A DNA stretch of 64,000 nt, taken from positions 8,830 to 72,829 of the forward strand of contig JAUXIJ010000004.1 of the NCBI GenBank assembly GCA_030621085.1, written 5' to 3'. The notes under the pieces were generated by a model. It saw nothing but the letters and a program-made list of their open reading frames with translations. It had not been told where the DNA came from and searched no databases. Source of the stretch: Candidatus Cloacimonadota bacterium. GTDB lineage: Bacteria; Cloacimonadota; Cloacimonadia; Cloacimonadales; TCS61. The translations under genes and the position numbers were made by a program. Shown in pieces: positions 16,728 to 26,790 of the stretch. Every line of letters starts with the position of its first letter. The stretch's first letter is position 1.

Positions 16728-17780
16728 CTACTTAATAAACACATCCTGCATGAAAACATTCTGCATGAAAAAGAGTGCTACATAAGCAATTATGGCAGAA
16801 GCAACGGGAGTTGCCACCCATCCTATACTGATCTTTCCCAGGATACGGAAATTCACATTCTTGCCGCCTTTAGCCAGGCTGATACCAATAATCGCACCGA
16901 CTACTGCCTGTGAGCTGGAAACAGGAACCAGAGGAAATGAAGGTAACCCGTGTGATATAAGAATATCTTTCAACCCTTGAGAAGCGAACAGGAATAATAC
17001 TGTAGAACTGGCCAGTACAACTACTAAAGCAGAAATTGGAGAAAGTTTGAAAATCCTGGAACCTACTGTCATCATCACCTTTCTGGAATATGTAAATATA
17101 CCGATAGCAATAGCTATTCCACCCAAAAGGAAGAGTTGCTGAACTCCACTGAAATTAAAAATACTTCCAAGATTCAAGTCTTTAAATGGAGATGACTGTA
17201 CAAAAACTCCCATTACATTAGCGATATTATTTGCACCAAGGCTGTACGATCCGAAAATTCCTGCCAGGATCAGACCAAAACGAGTTAGCGAATCCAATCG
17301 TATCAAGTGGATCTTCGAATTATCAAGAATAAATTTTATAATATGAAAAAATAGAAATGCGAAAAGGGCAGATAAAACTGGAGAAAAAACCCATGTCCCC
17401 ACGATCTTGGTGAGAGCAGAAATATCTGTATGAGTCCCAGAAAAAAAGTTCCAGCCAAGAATGGCTCCAACAATAGCTTGGGATGTTGAAACAGGCAATC
17501 CGGCTTTTGTCATCCACGTTACAGTAAAGGCAGCTGCAAGTGCAACAATAAATGCACCGGACATAGTATTGATAGCACCCAGTTTTCCAAGCGTATGAGA
17601 TGCACCGGCACCGCTTATAACTGCACCCAGAAGAACAAAAATACTGCAGATAATTGCGGCTGTATAGAAACGGACCATCTTGGTGCCAACAGCAGTTCCA
17701 AAGATGTTTGCAGCATCATTGGCACCAAGCGACCAACCCAGGAAAAGTCCGCTGGAAAGATAGAATAATATTTGTATCAT
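16728..17780 (-). CDS. Inorganic phosphate transporter, PiT (PHO4) family.
   Basis: GANDAANIFGTAVGT at the N-terminus, a second GANNIANVMG repeat, and about 10 hydrophobic segments. Confidence 0.9.
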   Translation of the reverse strand: MIQILFYLSSGLFLGWSLGANDAANIFGTAVGTKMVRFYTAAIICSIFVLLGAVISGAGASHTLGKLGAINTMSGAFIVALAAAFTVTWMTKAGLPVSTSQAIVGAILGWNFFSGTHTDISALTKIVGTWVFSPVLSALFAFLFFHIIKFILDNSKIHLIRLDSLTRFGLILAGIFGSYSLGANNIANVMGVFVQSSPFKDLNLGSIFNFSGVQQLFLLGGIAIAIGIFTYSRKVMMTVGSRIFKLSPISALVVVLASSTVLFLFASQGLKDILISHGLPSFPLVPVSSSQAVVGAIIGISLAKGGKNVNFRILGKISIGWVATPVASAIIAYVALFFMQNVFMQDVFIK

Positions 17781-17783
17781 TAA

Positions 17784-18434
17784 TTATATCCTGCGTTTTA
17801 TAGCGTAAATGGCAAGTCGTTCTGCTACTGATTCGGCTTCATCAGAAAGAAACGCAATTTTTTCTGCAAAATAACGTAAATGTACTCTTTTACTGAAATC
17901 TTTTATCTTCTCGCTATTGAATATCTTTCGCTTCAGTATTTTTTCCAGTTTATCTGCTTCATGCTCATAGAAATGTACTTTGTTCACGTAGTTATTCACC
18001 AGCTTCAACTCAGTAAAAAAAGCCCTGGACGCTTTAGCCAGCTCTTCCACAGATTTATATGAAAGCTCTGCCAGGTCCAGAAAGTCCTCTCTAAGAAATT
18101 CGGGGATATCCGGTGTTTCAATAGAGAAATGTTCCAGAACTTTTTCTGTAATATCGATCACATCATCCAGCGTTTCCAATACACCCAGAACATCACCTCG
18201 CGATTCCGGGATCAGCATGTGAGTATATAATTTGTATTTAATATCTCTGCGTACAGCATCTGCTTTCGATTCAAGTTCGGTAAGTTCTATTGTGTATTCC
18301 TCGAATCGTTCCATTTTACCGGAAAAGTACGCTTTCAAACCTTCAAAAAAAATAAGACCAGCTTTTTCTACACGATCTATAAACCCGTCCATAGAAGCTT
18401 GCAGGTCTTTAGTTCTGGAAAATAATCCGTTCAA
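17784..18434 (-). CDS. DUF47 / PhoU-like accessory protein, the usual partner of PiT transporters.
   Basis: Helical 216-aa protein located 3 nt upstream of the PiT gene. DUF47-like features are RFEEY...ELESKADAVRRDI and ...HFYEHEADKLE. Confidence 0.8.
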   Translation of the reverse strand: MNGLFSRTKDLQASMDGFIDRVEKAGLIFFEGLKAYFSGKMERFEEYTIELTELESKADAVRRDIKYKLYTHMLIPESRGDVLGVLETLDDVIDITEKVLEHFSIETPDIPEFLREDFLDLAELSYKSVEELAKASRAFFTELKLVNNYVNKVHFYEHEADKLEKILKRKIFNSEKIKDFSKRVHLRYFAEKIAFLSDEAESVAERLAIYAIKRRI

Positions 18435-18566
18435 AATAACCTCCCTGAAATCATCAATAATCTTATGCTACGCACATGTAAAATTTAAAATTGAAGATTT
18501 ATAATAAGTCAAGCTAATTTTACAGTTAAGTCTGTTAGTTGTCCAGTTTCTGCATACAGTAAAATA

Positions 18567-20183
18567 ATGCTGGACAAACCAAATGTAGTTAGCTTTTTGA
18601 CACTTAATAATCATAATTTATCAGGAGTTATAGTGGAGAAAATTGAAGAAAAAGTCGTGAATCCGGAAGAAGTGAAAGAAACTTCCGACCAGCAGATAGA
18701 AGAGAAAGTTCAAGAAACTTCCGCAGAAAAAGAAGAAATTTCCCCGGAAATAGAAACAATTGCTGAAGAACCTCTTCTTGAAAGTGAGGAAGTTGTCGAT
18801 GAGAATAACTTTGAACATATGCTGGAAGAATCTTTGGCTAATATAAAAAATCTGGAAGTTGGTGACAAGATTAGCGGGGAGATCATAAAAATTACAGATT
18901 CTTACATTTTTGTTACACTGGGTGGTAAACGCGACTGCTATGCCAACAAGGAAGACTATCTTGATAAAAAGGGGAAATTATCCTACGAAATAGGTCAAAA
19001 ACTTACAGGTTATGTAGTTAAATGTTCCGATACGGAAACCCTGATCGCTAAAAGTCTTTATTCGGTAAACCTGAATGTACTACACAGTGCTTATGAAGAA
19101 AAGATCCCTGTTCAGGGTAAAGTACAATCCATGACTAAGGGTGGTTACATAATAGATATCTCCGGCATCAAAGCATTTTGTCCCATTTCTCAGATCGATG
19201 GAAGGGTTGTGATAGATCCCAAAAAATATATGAATTCCGAATTTGATTTCAGGATAATAGAATTTAAGAAAAATGGTAAAAATATAGTTGTATCCCGCAG
19301 GAAAATATTGGATGAAGAAAAAGAGGTGCAAAAGAAAGAAACACTTTCTCAACTCAACATTGGCGATATTATCACGGGCAAAGTAACCCGTCTCACAAAC
19401 TTCGGAGCTTTTGTAGATATTGGTGGAGTAGATGGATTGCTTCATATTTCCCAATTTTCCTGGAGCAGAGTGGAATCTCCATCGGAAATTCTGAATATTG
19501 GTGATGAAATAAAAGCAAAGATCATCAAGCTGCAAGGCGAAAAAATATCTCTCAGCATGAAAGCACTGCAGGAAAATCCTGTGGAAACAGCCATGAAGGA
19601 ATTTAATGAAGGTGACATCGTAAGCTGCCGTGTTGTTCGCAATCTTCCCTTTGGTTCTTTTGTAGAAATTAGAGCAGGAGTTGAAGGATTAATTCCCATT
19701 TCAGAATTAGCCAGGGGCAGACGTATCAACAATCCTTCCGAAGTAGTAAAAGAAGGTGACCTGCTGGAAGCACAGATCCTCAAAATCGATCCTGAAAAAC
19801 AAAAAATATCTTTATCACTGAAAGCGCTTCAACCTGATCCCTGGGATAATATCGATGAATTTATTAATGAAGACGACATCGTTACAGGTACCATTGAAAA
19901 TGTTGCCAGTTTTGGTGCTTTTATCAAACTCAGCGAAGGTGTCACTGGTCTTCTTCCTAATGTGAAAATGAAAATTGCCGGGATAAAACTGGATAAAAAT
20001 AAAATTGGTGAAGAATTTAAAGTACGGGTTGTGAAAATAGATAAAGATGCTCGCAGAATCTCTTTGGAACCAACCAATATGCCTGAATCCGCTGTGGAAG
20101 CAAAAGACGACTGGCATAAATATAAAAAGCAAAAATCAAAGAAAACAATTATTGATGAAGATAGCCCATTTGCAAATTTGTAG
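18567..20183 (+). CDS. rpsA: 30S ribosomal protein S1 with an acidic N-terminal extension.
   Basis: Several S1 domains are present (GDIITGKVTRLTNFGAFVDIGGVDGLLHISQ, GDIVSCRVVRNLPFGSFVEI, DIVTGTIENVASFGAFIKL). A more likely start is the in-frame GTG at 18633-18635, 5 nt after AGGAG (18623-18627). Confidence 0.9.
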   Translation: MLDKPNVVSFLTLNNHNLSGVIVEKIEEKVVNPEEVKETSDQQIEEKVQETSAEKEEISPEIETIAEEPLLESEEVVDENNFEHMLEESLANIKNLEVGDKISGEIIKITDSYIFVTLGGKRDCYANKEDYLDKKGKLSYEIGQKLTGYVVKCSDTETLIAKSLYSVNLNVLHSAYEEKIPVQGKVQSMTKGGYIIDISGIKAFCPISQIDGRVVIDPKKYMNSEFDFRIIEFKKNGKNIVVSRRKILDEEKEVQKKETLSQLNIGDIITGKVTRLTNFGAFVDIGGVDGLLHISQFSWSRVESPSEILNIGDEIKAKIIKLQGEKISLSMKALQENPVETAMKEFNEGDIVSCRVVRNLPFGSFVEIRAGVEGLIPISELARGRRINNPSEVVKEGDLLEAQILKIDPEKQKISLSLKALQPDPWDNIDEFINEDDIVTGTIENVASFGAFIKLSEGVTGLLPNVKMKIAGIKLDKNKIGEEFKVRVVKIDKDARRISLEPTNMPESAVEAKDDWHKYKKQKSKKTIIDEDSPFANL

Positions 20184-20217
20184 ATTGGTTGAACTAATTA
20201 ATTGGTAGAAATTATAA

Positions 20218-20251
20218 ACCGGGCAGAAAAAGATTCTTGTCCGGTTTTTTT
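20218..20251 (+). terminator. Rho-independent terminator between the convergent rpsA and MBL-fold genes.
   Basis: ACCGGGCAGAAAAAGATTCTTGTCCGGT followed by T7. The arms ACCGGGC/GTCCGGT include one G-T pair. Confidence 0.6.
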
Positions 20252-20984
20252 ATTTTATCTCAAATTTTCTGCCCAGAGACAGATCTAAAAAATTATCCTT
20301 CCACTTCTCCTGGAATATCTTTATTGCACGATCTCCCGTGCAATGAGAAGGAGCAATATATTTTACATTTAGTTTCTGTAGGGAATTGACGATTTTATTG
20401 ATTTTATATTTAGTAGTTGCACCCAGATGAAATCCGCCGGTTACCAAACAGATCGGTTCATCAGGAAACATCTTATGACCTTCCTTAACAATTTTATCGA
20501 TCCCGGGATGGGAACAGCCTGTAACGATGACCAATCCTTCTTTTGTATCCAGAACCAATGCGTGTTCATAAATTGGCAGTAAATTATATGTGCCCTTGAT
20601 CTCGCCGGTTGACCAGGCTCCATCTGCTATCTCAATGGGATTTTTTACTGCAACCAGATTTACTGTGGGATATTCCTTTTGAATATCTTTGAAAGCTTTG
20701 GCAGGAACATAAACTCTTACATCCTCTTTTGCCGATTCCAGGAATTTATTTAATCCACCGATATGATCCCAATGATTGTGCGAAATTACAACGATATCTA
20801 CATCTTTCGGATTAAGTTTAAGAGCATAGATATTATCCATCAATATTTTGCCATCTCCACCCGTATCGAATAAAATGGTGGTGGAATCTGCCACGATCCA
20901 GGCACCAAAGCCAAAGCCCGGTGTTAGTTCCGAAGATTTGATAACATTATTAAAAACAATCCACATTAAAAGGTATTCAAGCAT
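20250..20984 (-). CDS. MBL-fold metallo-hydrolase.
   Basis: ILFDTGGDG...VVISHNHWDHIGGL (HxHxDH motif), and later GCSHPG and APSHCTG. Confidence 0.8.
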   Translation of the reverse strand: MLEYLLMWIVFNNVIKSSELTPGFGFGAWIVADSTTILFDTGGDGKILMDNIYALKLNPKDVDIVVISHNHWDHIGGLNKFLESAKEDVRVYVPAKAFKDIQKEYPTVNLVAVKNPIEIADGAWSTGEIKGTYNLLPIYEHALVLDTKEGLVIVTGCSHPGIDKIVKEGHKMFPDEPICLVTGGFHLGATTKYKINKIVNSLQKLNVKYIAPSHCTGDRAIKIFQEKWKDNFLDLSLGRKFEIK

Positions 20985-21144
20985 TAGATTAACTTATTCC
21001 CTTTTCTCCATCTTCTCATTCAAAGCTTCCACAGCCTTCTTGAAGCCGATAAAAGAAATGAACGAAACAATTCCAGCAAGTACAAGATGTAATGATACTT
21101 TTACTATTTTTTTCATTAGAGCTATCCAAATGTTTTCATAGTAA

Positions 21145-21993
21145 TTACAAATCAAATTTTAGTTGAGAATTCTCTTTCGTTTTTGGTGGATAAAATAATC
21201 CAATTATCATAAAAGGATTAAGAGCTTTTTTATTATGCCATTCATAGTTTGTTCCAACGAAAAAATGTAAATCTTTATTAAATGCAAAATCATCAAAATA
21301 TTTTTTCCTTACAAGTTTAAGTGTCTCTTTTTCATTATTATGAGTAGATTTTAAACAGTTCCAAAATAATGCACCAATTTCCCAATCAATAATTTCAATT
21401 TTTCTGGGATTCTTATCTTCTTCAGTAATAAACTTATAATAGAATTTATATGGTAGTTTCTTAACAATTGATGAAAGATTTATTTTGTTAAAGAAATCGA
21501 GTTGCTGCAATTTACCTAACCATTTTTTTGGCCATTCTCTTTCAGTTTCTTTCCAATAAAAATCAATAATTTCTTGAGGTTTTATAGTTGCTAAAGATTT
21601 TTTCTCTTCACCTAAAGAAAGCTCAATTAACTCATTAAATGATGTAAATACATCTTTGAGAACAATTTCCTTTCTTAGCTGCCAATTATTTTTAGTCCCC
21701 AATTTGCTTATTATTTTCAAGTCCTGGTCAATGTCACTTTTTGGGCTATAAGTTTCAGGTCTGAAATCTGTTTTTCTATGTTTCTTTAAATTGATCTCTA
21801 TCCAATTAAATTTTTCAAATTTATTGTATTCAGATAGAAGCCTAAATGGAACAGGATAAATCCTTACCCATTTTCCGTTCTCGAGTAATCCTGCAGTACA
21901 GACTATTTCACCATGAAAATCCGATGGTTGGGGATATGTCTTAACAGTTATTAACACCTTTGCTTTTAAGATTTCTCTTGGTGAGTAACTCAT
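21145..21993 (-). CDS. Hypothetical protein (282 aa), second gene of the AT-rich DUF488 cassette.
   Basis: Its ATG directly abuts the stop of the upstream gene (TAAATG). The sequence is MSYSPREILKAKVLITVKTYPQPS...EIVCTAGL..GKWVRIYPVPFR...IDWEIGALFWNC...IIGLFYPP. I recognise no named domain. Confidence 0.7.
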   Translation of the reverse strand: MSYSPREILKAKVLITVKTYPQPSDFHGEIVCTAGLLENGKWVRIYPVPFRLLSEYNKFEKFNWIEINLKKHRKTDFRPETYSPKSDIDQDLKIISKLGTKNNWQLRKEIVLKDVFTSFNELIELSLGEEKKSLATIKPQEIIDFYWKETEREWPKKWLGKLQQLDFFNKINLSSIVKKLPYKFYYKFITEEDKNPRKIEIIDWEIGALFWNCLKSTHNNEKETLKLVRKKYFDDFAFNKDLHFFVGTNYEWHNKKALNPFMIIGLFYPPKTKENSQLKFDL

Positions 21994-22866
21994 TTATAAA
22001 TGTTTAACAAAAATATTATAATGTGTTTCAAAATAATCAGATATTATGTGGCGATGACAGTAATAAAAATCTCTCTCAAAACAAGTTAATGCAATTCTTT
22101 TTTTATTGTTAAGTAGAGAATATATATTTTTTAGTTTATTAACCTGATGTACCAAGTTATTCTTTTTATAATAATCGAATAAACTTTTGTAATCTTTTTC
22201 TGTTTCAAGTTTTGCTCTACGATCAGATTCTATTCCAAGTTCAGGTATATGAAAATAATCAATATCTACTCTTTTTAGATGTTCTGAAAATTTCTTTTTT
22301 GTGAAATTAAATTTCATGGAATAGGGATTTTTTCTTACATCTATAATAGTATTAATCTGATTTTGAATTAGTATTTGCAGATATTTATCAATTGTTTTAC
22401 CTTCATAACCTATTGTAAACATTGTTTTTCGATTTAATTTTCTATGATTGGGAATCATTTTCTTTTCATCATCATCTAAAACATCATCCAAAATGATACT
22501 TTTTGAAGCATAAAATGGATATTCAAGATAAGTTTTCCTTATTAATTGATTATTTGTAAGTTTTTTATATTTTAAAGAAAAATTTATTAAATCTTTACTA
22601 TCTTCATTTTTAATTTTATCGATGAATGAAATATTCTTCTTCAAAATGAAGCTTTTTTCAGAATCTTCTAAAAATCCGTTTTTTATCAAAACTCGTTTAT
22701 CATGATAACTTTGTAAGCTGAAACAACCATATTTGAAGGGGAAAAAGTCATAGTAACTACTATGTTTTTTTGAATAAAGAAAAAGTAATTTCTCCAATTT
22801 TGTATTACTTAACCTTCTTCCACAAAATTCAATTAATGATAATAGTATTTTTTGACGATAATACAT
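21994..22866 (-). CDS. DUF488 domain protein with an additional ~140-aa N-terminal domain (possibly wHTH/Panacea-like, weak call).
   Basis: The C-terminal half matches the DUF488 pattern as I recall it: FTIGYEGKTIDKYLQILIQNQINTIIDVRKNPYSMKFNFTKKKFSEHLKRVDIDYFHIPELG...IALTCFERDFYYCHRHIISDYF. The N-terminus reads KLEKLLFLYSKK..YYDFFPFKYGCFS. Confidence 0.75.
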   Translation of the reverse strand: MYYRQKILLSLIEFCGRRLSNTKLEKLLFLYSKKHSSYYDFFPFKYGCFSLQSYHDKRVLIKNGFLEDSEKSFILKKNISFIDKIKNEDSKDLINFSLKYKKLTNNQLIRKTYLEYPFYASKSIILDDVLDDDEKKMIPNHRKLNRKTMFTIGYEGKTIDKYLQILIQNQINTIIDVRKNPYSMKFNFTKKKFSEHLKRVDIDYFHIPELGIESDRRAKLETEKDYKSLFDYYKKNNLVHQVNKLKNIYSLLNNKKRIALTCFERDFYYCHRHIISDYFETHYNIFVKHL

Positions 22867-23001
22867 TTTATTATTTTCCTATTAATTCTTAACCTAACTT
22901 ATTATTATAATATTTTTTGTAAAGTAATACATTACTTTTATATTGTAAAGGGCAGATAAATGATCTGTCCCTACATATTTTCTTTTGTTCGTTGCTAAAA
23001 T

Positions 23002-24453
23002 CTACCACTCAAACTTTACATTCAACTGCCGCACGGCAAGAGTATCATCAACCCTTTTCACGGGAGTATTGAGCGGTGCATTTTTCAGAAGTTCAGGATT
23101 TTCTTCACATTCTTTGGCGATCTCGATCATAGCATTTATAAATTCATCCAACGTCTCTTTGCTCTCGGTTTCTGTGGGTTCTATCATCATTGCTTCGTGC
23201 ACAATAAGTGGAAAATAAATGGTTGGTGCGTGATAACCTTTATCCAGAATCCGCTTGGCAATATCCAGTGTTTTGATGCCATACTTTTCTTTTTGCCAGT
23301 TACCGCTGGCTACGAATTCATGCATACAGAATGAATCCTTGAAAGGAATATCATAATATTTTTCTAATTTCTTCTGAATGTAGTTTGCATTGATAACGGC
23401 ATTTTCCGCAACCCGTCTCAAGCCTTTTGGACCAAGCATCTTAAGATAAATGTATGCTTTAATATTCACTGCAAAATTACCGAAGAATGAATGTACTTTT
23501 CCAAAGGATGTTTTTTCATGAGTATAATCGAGGAAATATTTATCATCTTTCTTCCCAATTAAGGGAGCAGGTAAGAATTTAATTAGATCTTCACGAACAC
23601 CAATTGGACCTGCACCCGGACCACCGCCGCCATGTGGAGTAGCGAAAGTTTTGTGAAGATTGAAGTGCATAATATCAAATCCATTCTCACCTGGTTTCAC
23701 GAGTCCCATAATAGCGTTGAAATTTGCTCCATCCATATACATCAAGCCGTCCACGCTGTGAATTATCTCTGCAATTTCCTCAACTTGAGATTCAAATAGA
23801 CCCAAAGTGTTTGGGTTTGTAAGCATAAAACCTGCTGTCTCGTCATTTACATGGGCTTTCAGATCTTCAATATCGACCAGTCCCTTTTCATTGGATTTGA
23901 TCTCTACCATTTCGTATCCAACCAAAGTTACACTGGCAGGATTTGTTCCATGAGCAGAATCAGGAAGAATGATCTTCTTCTTGTGGGAATTCCCTTTATG
24001 GTCATGATATGCTTTCATAATTTTAAGACCTGTAAATTCACCGTGAGCACCTGCAACTGGCTGCAATGTTACATTTGTAAATCCTGATATTTCTGCCAGA
24101 TCTTTTTGAAGTTCATATAGAATTTCCAAAGCACCTTGAACAGTGTCTTCATCCTGGAAGGGATGCAGATTGTTGAAACCATCGTTGCGAACCAGAGTCT
24201 CATTTATTTTGGGATTATATTTCATAGTGCAGGAACCCAGCGGATAAAAACCCTTCTCAATGCAGTGGTTCATATGGCTCAACTCAAGAAAATGACGCAT
24301 AACATCGAGTTCGCTTACTTCAGGAAGTTTAACTTCTTCTTTTCTCTGGAATTTTTCAGGAATGCATTTCTCCAGTGTTATATCTATATCATTAGCGGGA
24401 AGAGTGTAACCTTTTCTGTCGGGACTGTGTTTTTCGAAAATTGTTTTAGCCAT
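23002..24453 (-). CDS. gcvPB: Glycine dehydrogenase (aminomethyl-transferring), subunit 2.
   Basis: [22 protein letters not shown] (PLP-lysine region). The overall layout matches P-protein subunit 2. Confidence 0.95.
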   Translation of the reverse strand: MAKTIFEKHSPDRKGYTLPANDIDITLEKCIPEKFQRKEEVKLPEVSELDVMRHFLELSHMNHCIEKGFYPLGSCTMKYNPKINETLVRNDGFNNLHPFQDEDTVQGALEILYELQKDLAEISGFTNVTLQPVAGAHGEFTGLKIMKAYHDHKGNSHKKKIILPDSAHGTNPASVTLVGYEMVEIKSNEKGLVDIEDLKAHVNDETAGFMLTNPNTLGLFESQVEEIAEIIHSVDGLMYMDGANFNAIMGLVKPGENGFDIMHFNLHKTFATPHGGGGPGAGPIGVREDLIKFLPAPLIGKKDDKYFLDYTHEKTSFGKVHSFFGNFAVNIKAYIYLKMLGPKGLRRVAENAVINANYIQKKLEKYYDIPFKDSFCMHEFVASGNWQKEKYGIKTLDIAKRILDKGYHAPTIYFPLIVHEAMMIEPTETESKETLDEFINAMIEIAKECEENPELLKNAPLNTPVKRVDDTLAVRQLNVKFEW

Positions 24454-25789
24454 TGATTACCTCCTGTAGAGCATTCACTAATTCATCCAAATCGCATTTC
24501 CTCTTTTTTTCTGTAACTGCAATTAGCAGTGTATTTTTATATCCGAATTGTTTCAGATCGATTCCCGGGAAAATGTTTTTTTCTCTCAATCCGGAAATTA
24601 TCTCTTCTACCGGAACAGGAGTTTTCACTGCGAATTCTTTGAAGAAAGCAGCATCAAAAGCCAGAGAGAAACCATCGAGTTTGTTTATTTCATCAGCCAA
24701 GTAATGCGCCTTGGTTGTACTCTGTACAGCAATTTCTTTCAATCCTTCTTTTCCCATCAAGGTCATATAAACCGTTGCTGCCAAGTTACACAAAGCTTCG
24801 TTTGAGCATATATTGGAAGTTGCTTTGGCACGGCGAATATGTTGCTCTCGAGCCTGCAAAGTCAAGCAATATGCTCTTTTCCCATCAGCATCCAGAGTTG
24901 CTCCCACGATCCTGCCGGGCATACCTCTTCCAAGCTTGATACTCGAAGCCAGAAAACCGAATAAAGGTCCTCCGTAATTCTGGGAATTTCCCAACGACTG
25001 ACCTTCGCCCACAACGATGTCTGCTTTATATTCTGCGGGAGAGTTCATAACAGCCAAAGATATAGGATCAACGCAGGCTATGAAAAGAGCTTTTTTGTAT
25101 GCATGCACGATTTCCTCAATCGCAAAAGCATCTTCGATATTTCCGAAGAAGTTTGGTGTTTGCAACAGTACACAGCCAGTGTTGTCATCGACAGCTTCTT
25201 TTAATCCATTCAGATCAACCAGTCCATTTTTTGCAGGAATAAGAACAAGCTCGATTCCTACGCCTTCCGTGTAAGATTTTATTACTTCCAGATAATTTGG
25301 ATTAAGCGTTCCAGCAATAATAGCTTTAAAATTCTTAGTTTTCCGGGTTGCCATTAGAATTGCTTCAGCAGCAGCACTTGCACCATCATACATTCCTGCA
25401 TTGGAAATTTCCATTCCGGTCAATTCACATATCATCGTTTGATATTCGTAGATATACTGCAAAGTTCCCTGGCTTACTTCTGCCTGGTATGGAGTGTATG
25501 CAGAATGAAATTCAGGTCGCAAGATAATGTGATCGACTGCTGCCGGGATAAAATGATCATAGATTCCGCCACCCAGAAATGAGTTTGCGTGGCTAGTAGA
25601 AATATTATTTGTTGCCAGTTCAGATATTTTACGTGTAATTTCCAGTTCGGAATACGGCTCATCTAAACAGCAGTCTTTGTTCAGTAGGAATTTTTTGGGG
25701 ATATTAATTAGGAGATCTTCAAATCTTTCCACTCCGATAGCTGCCAACATCTCTTTTCTTTCCTTATCTGTATTGGAAATAAAAGGCAT
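24446..25789 (-). CDS. gcvPA: Glycine dehydrogenase (aminomethyl-transferring), subunit 1.
   Basis: [37 protein letters not shown] and [20 protein letters not shown]. It overlaps gcvPB by 8 nt. Confidence 0.95.
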   Translation of the reverse strand: MPFISNTDKERKEMLAAIGVERFEDLLINIPKKFLLNKDCCLDEPYSELEITRKISELATNNISTSHANSFLGGGIYDHFIPAAVDHIILRPEFHSAYTPYQAEVSQGTLQYIYEYQTMICELTGMEISNAGMYDGASAAAEAILMATRKTKNFKAIIAGTLNPNYLEVIKSYTEGVGIELVLIPAKNGLVDLNGLKEAVDDNTGCVLLQTPNFFGNIEDAFAIEEIVHAYKKALFIACVDPISLAVMNSPAEYKADIVVGEGQSLGNSQNYGGPLFGFLASSIKLGRGMPGRIVGATLDADGKRAYCLTLQAREQHIRRAKATSNICSNEALCNLAATVYMTLMGKEGLKEIAVQSTTKAHYLADEINKLDGFSLAFDAAFFKEFAVKTPVPVEEIISGLREKNIFPGIDLKQFGYKNTLLIAVTEKKRKCDLDELVNALQEVING

Positions 25790-25873
25790 AATTTTACTCC
25801 TTGAGTCATTAAATTTTTTCTACAAATTTCTATGAAGGATTATTCTGTCAAATGAAAAGGTTTGCTACAGCAG

Positions 25874-25907
25874 AATATAAAAGAGGTTCGATTTGCATCG
25901 AACCTCT
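25874..25907 (-). terminator. Rho-independent terminator downstream of the 25931-26653 gene.
   Basis: An 11-bp perfect stem AGAGGTTCGAT/ATCGAACCTCT (25882-25907), followed on the minus strand by TTTTATATT. Confidence 0.6.
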
Positions 25908-25930
25908 TACTTTGAAAACGCCGATTAAAA

Positions 25931-26653
25931 TTATATCCAGGTACCGTGTGCAATTACATTACCTGCTTCATCGTACTCCCACCATTCGCCGGTTCCTGCT
26001 GCTGTCCATTCGATCCTCAGGTTTCTCCAATAGCCGGTAGTTTCATATATATGGTATTCAAGTGAACCAGAACCATCGGGATTAACATCGATGAAAATCT
26101 TTGCTACGTCAATAGATTCAAACATGAAATGAAATACTTCATTTGCATCCCAGTTCCATTGCCAGAAACAACTAAGTCCTGTTAGCGCAGGATCATATAA
26201 TGTCATGCTGCCGCTATTTCCGTCAATAGTTTGTTCTGCTTCGATGTATAAGAAGTCATTGTAAGTCACATTTCCCTGTGTACCATCAAAGTAGATTTTC
26301 CAATAATAATGAGTTGATGTTTCTGTGATATTAAGTGTGACAGTTAATAAGCCATCTGACCATGTATAAGTCCATTCTCCGTCTCTATTCACAGAACAGA
26401 GAGCTCTGGCTGGTGGTGCAAAAAGACCTCCATAAGCACTGAAACTGTTTGCTAATCCCACATAGGTTACAGCCATTTGTGCATGAGGATCAGAAGATTG
26501 CGCCATATTTTCGGGAATTTCTACCGGATCAACATTCCATTCAGGACCGTCGAATTGATTGTCATCGTTTGTCTTCTTGTCTTCCGAACAGGCAGCGATA
26601 AATAAAAAGACTGTAAAAACTAGAAACAAAAAAAATAATTTTTTTAGTTTCAT
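25931..26653 (-). CDS. Hypothetical lipoprotein.
   Basis: Lipobox LFIAAC, then a Trp/Tyr-rich soluble domain. No family recognised. Confidence 0.7.
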   Translation of the reverse strand: MKLKKLFFLFLVFTVFLFIAACSEDKKTNDDNQFDGPEWNVDPVEIPENMAQSSDPHAQMAVTYVGLANSFSAYGGLFAPPARALCSVNRDGEWTYTWSDGLLTVTLNITETSTHYYWKIYFDGTQGNVTYNDFLYIEAEQTIDGNSGSMTLYDPALTGLSCFWQWNWDANEVFHFMFESIDVAKIFIDVNPDGSGSLEYHIYETTGYWRNLRIEWTAAGTGEWWEYDEAGNVIAHGTWI

Positions 26654-26790
26654 AAAACCTCCTTTTTTTATAAAAAACCATGCCTATAATTGGAAATAAT
26701 AAATAAAATGTCAATTAGAAAAAGATTTAACTATAAGAAATTGATATTATTATAAAAAATAATGAAATAAATAGTATTCGATAAAAGTAT

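Noticed and set aside
20994-21116. A 40-codon minus-strand ORF (MKKIVKVSLHLVLAGIVSFISFIGFKKAVEALNEKMEKRE) just upstream of the MBL-hydrolase gene. It could be a small membrane protein.
   Set aside because: It has no convincing RBS, it is too short to evaluate, and I can check no homology. I did not report it as a feature.
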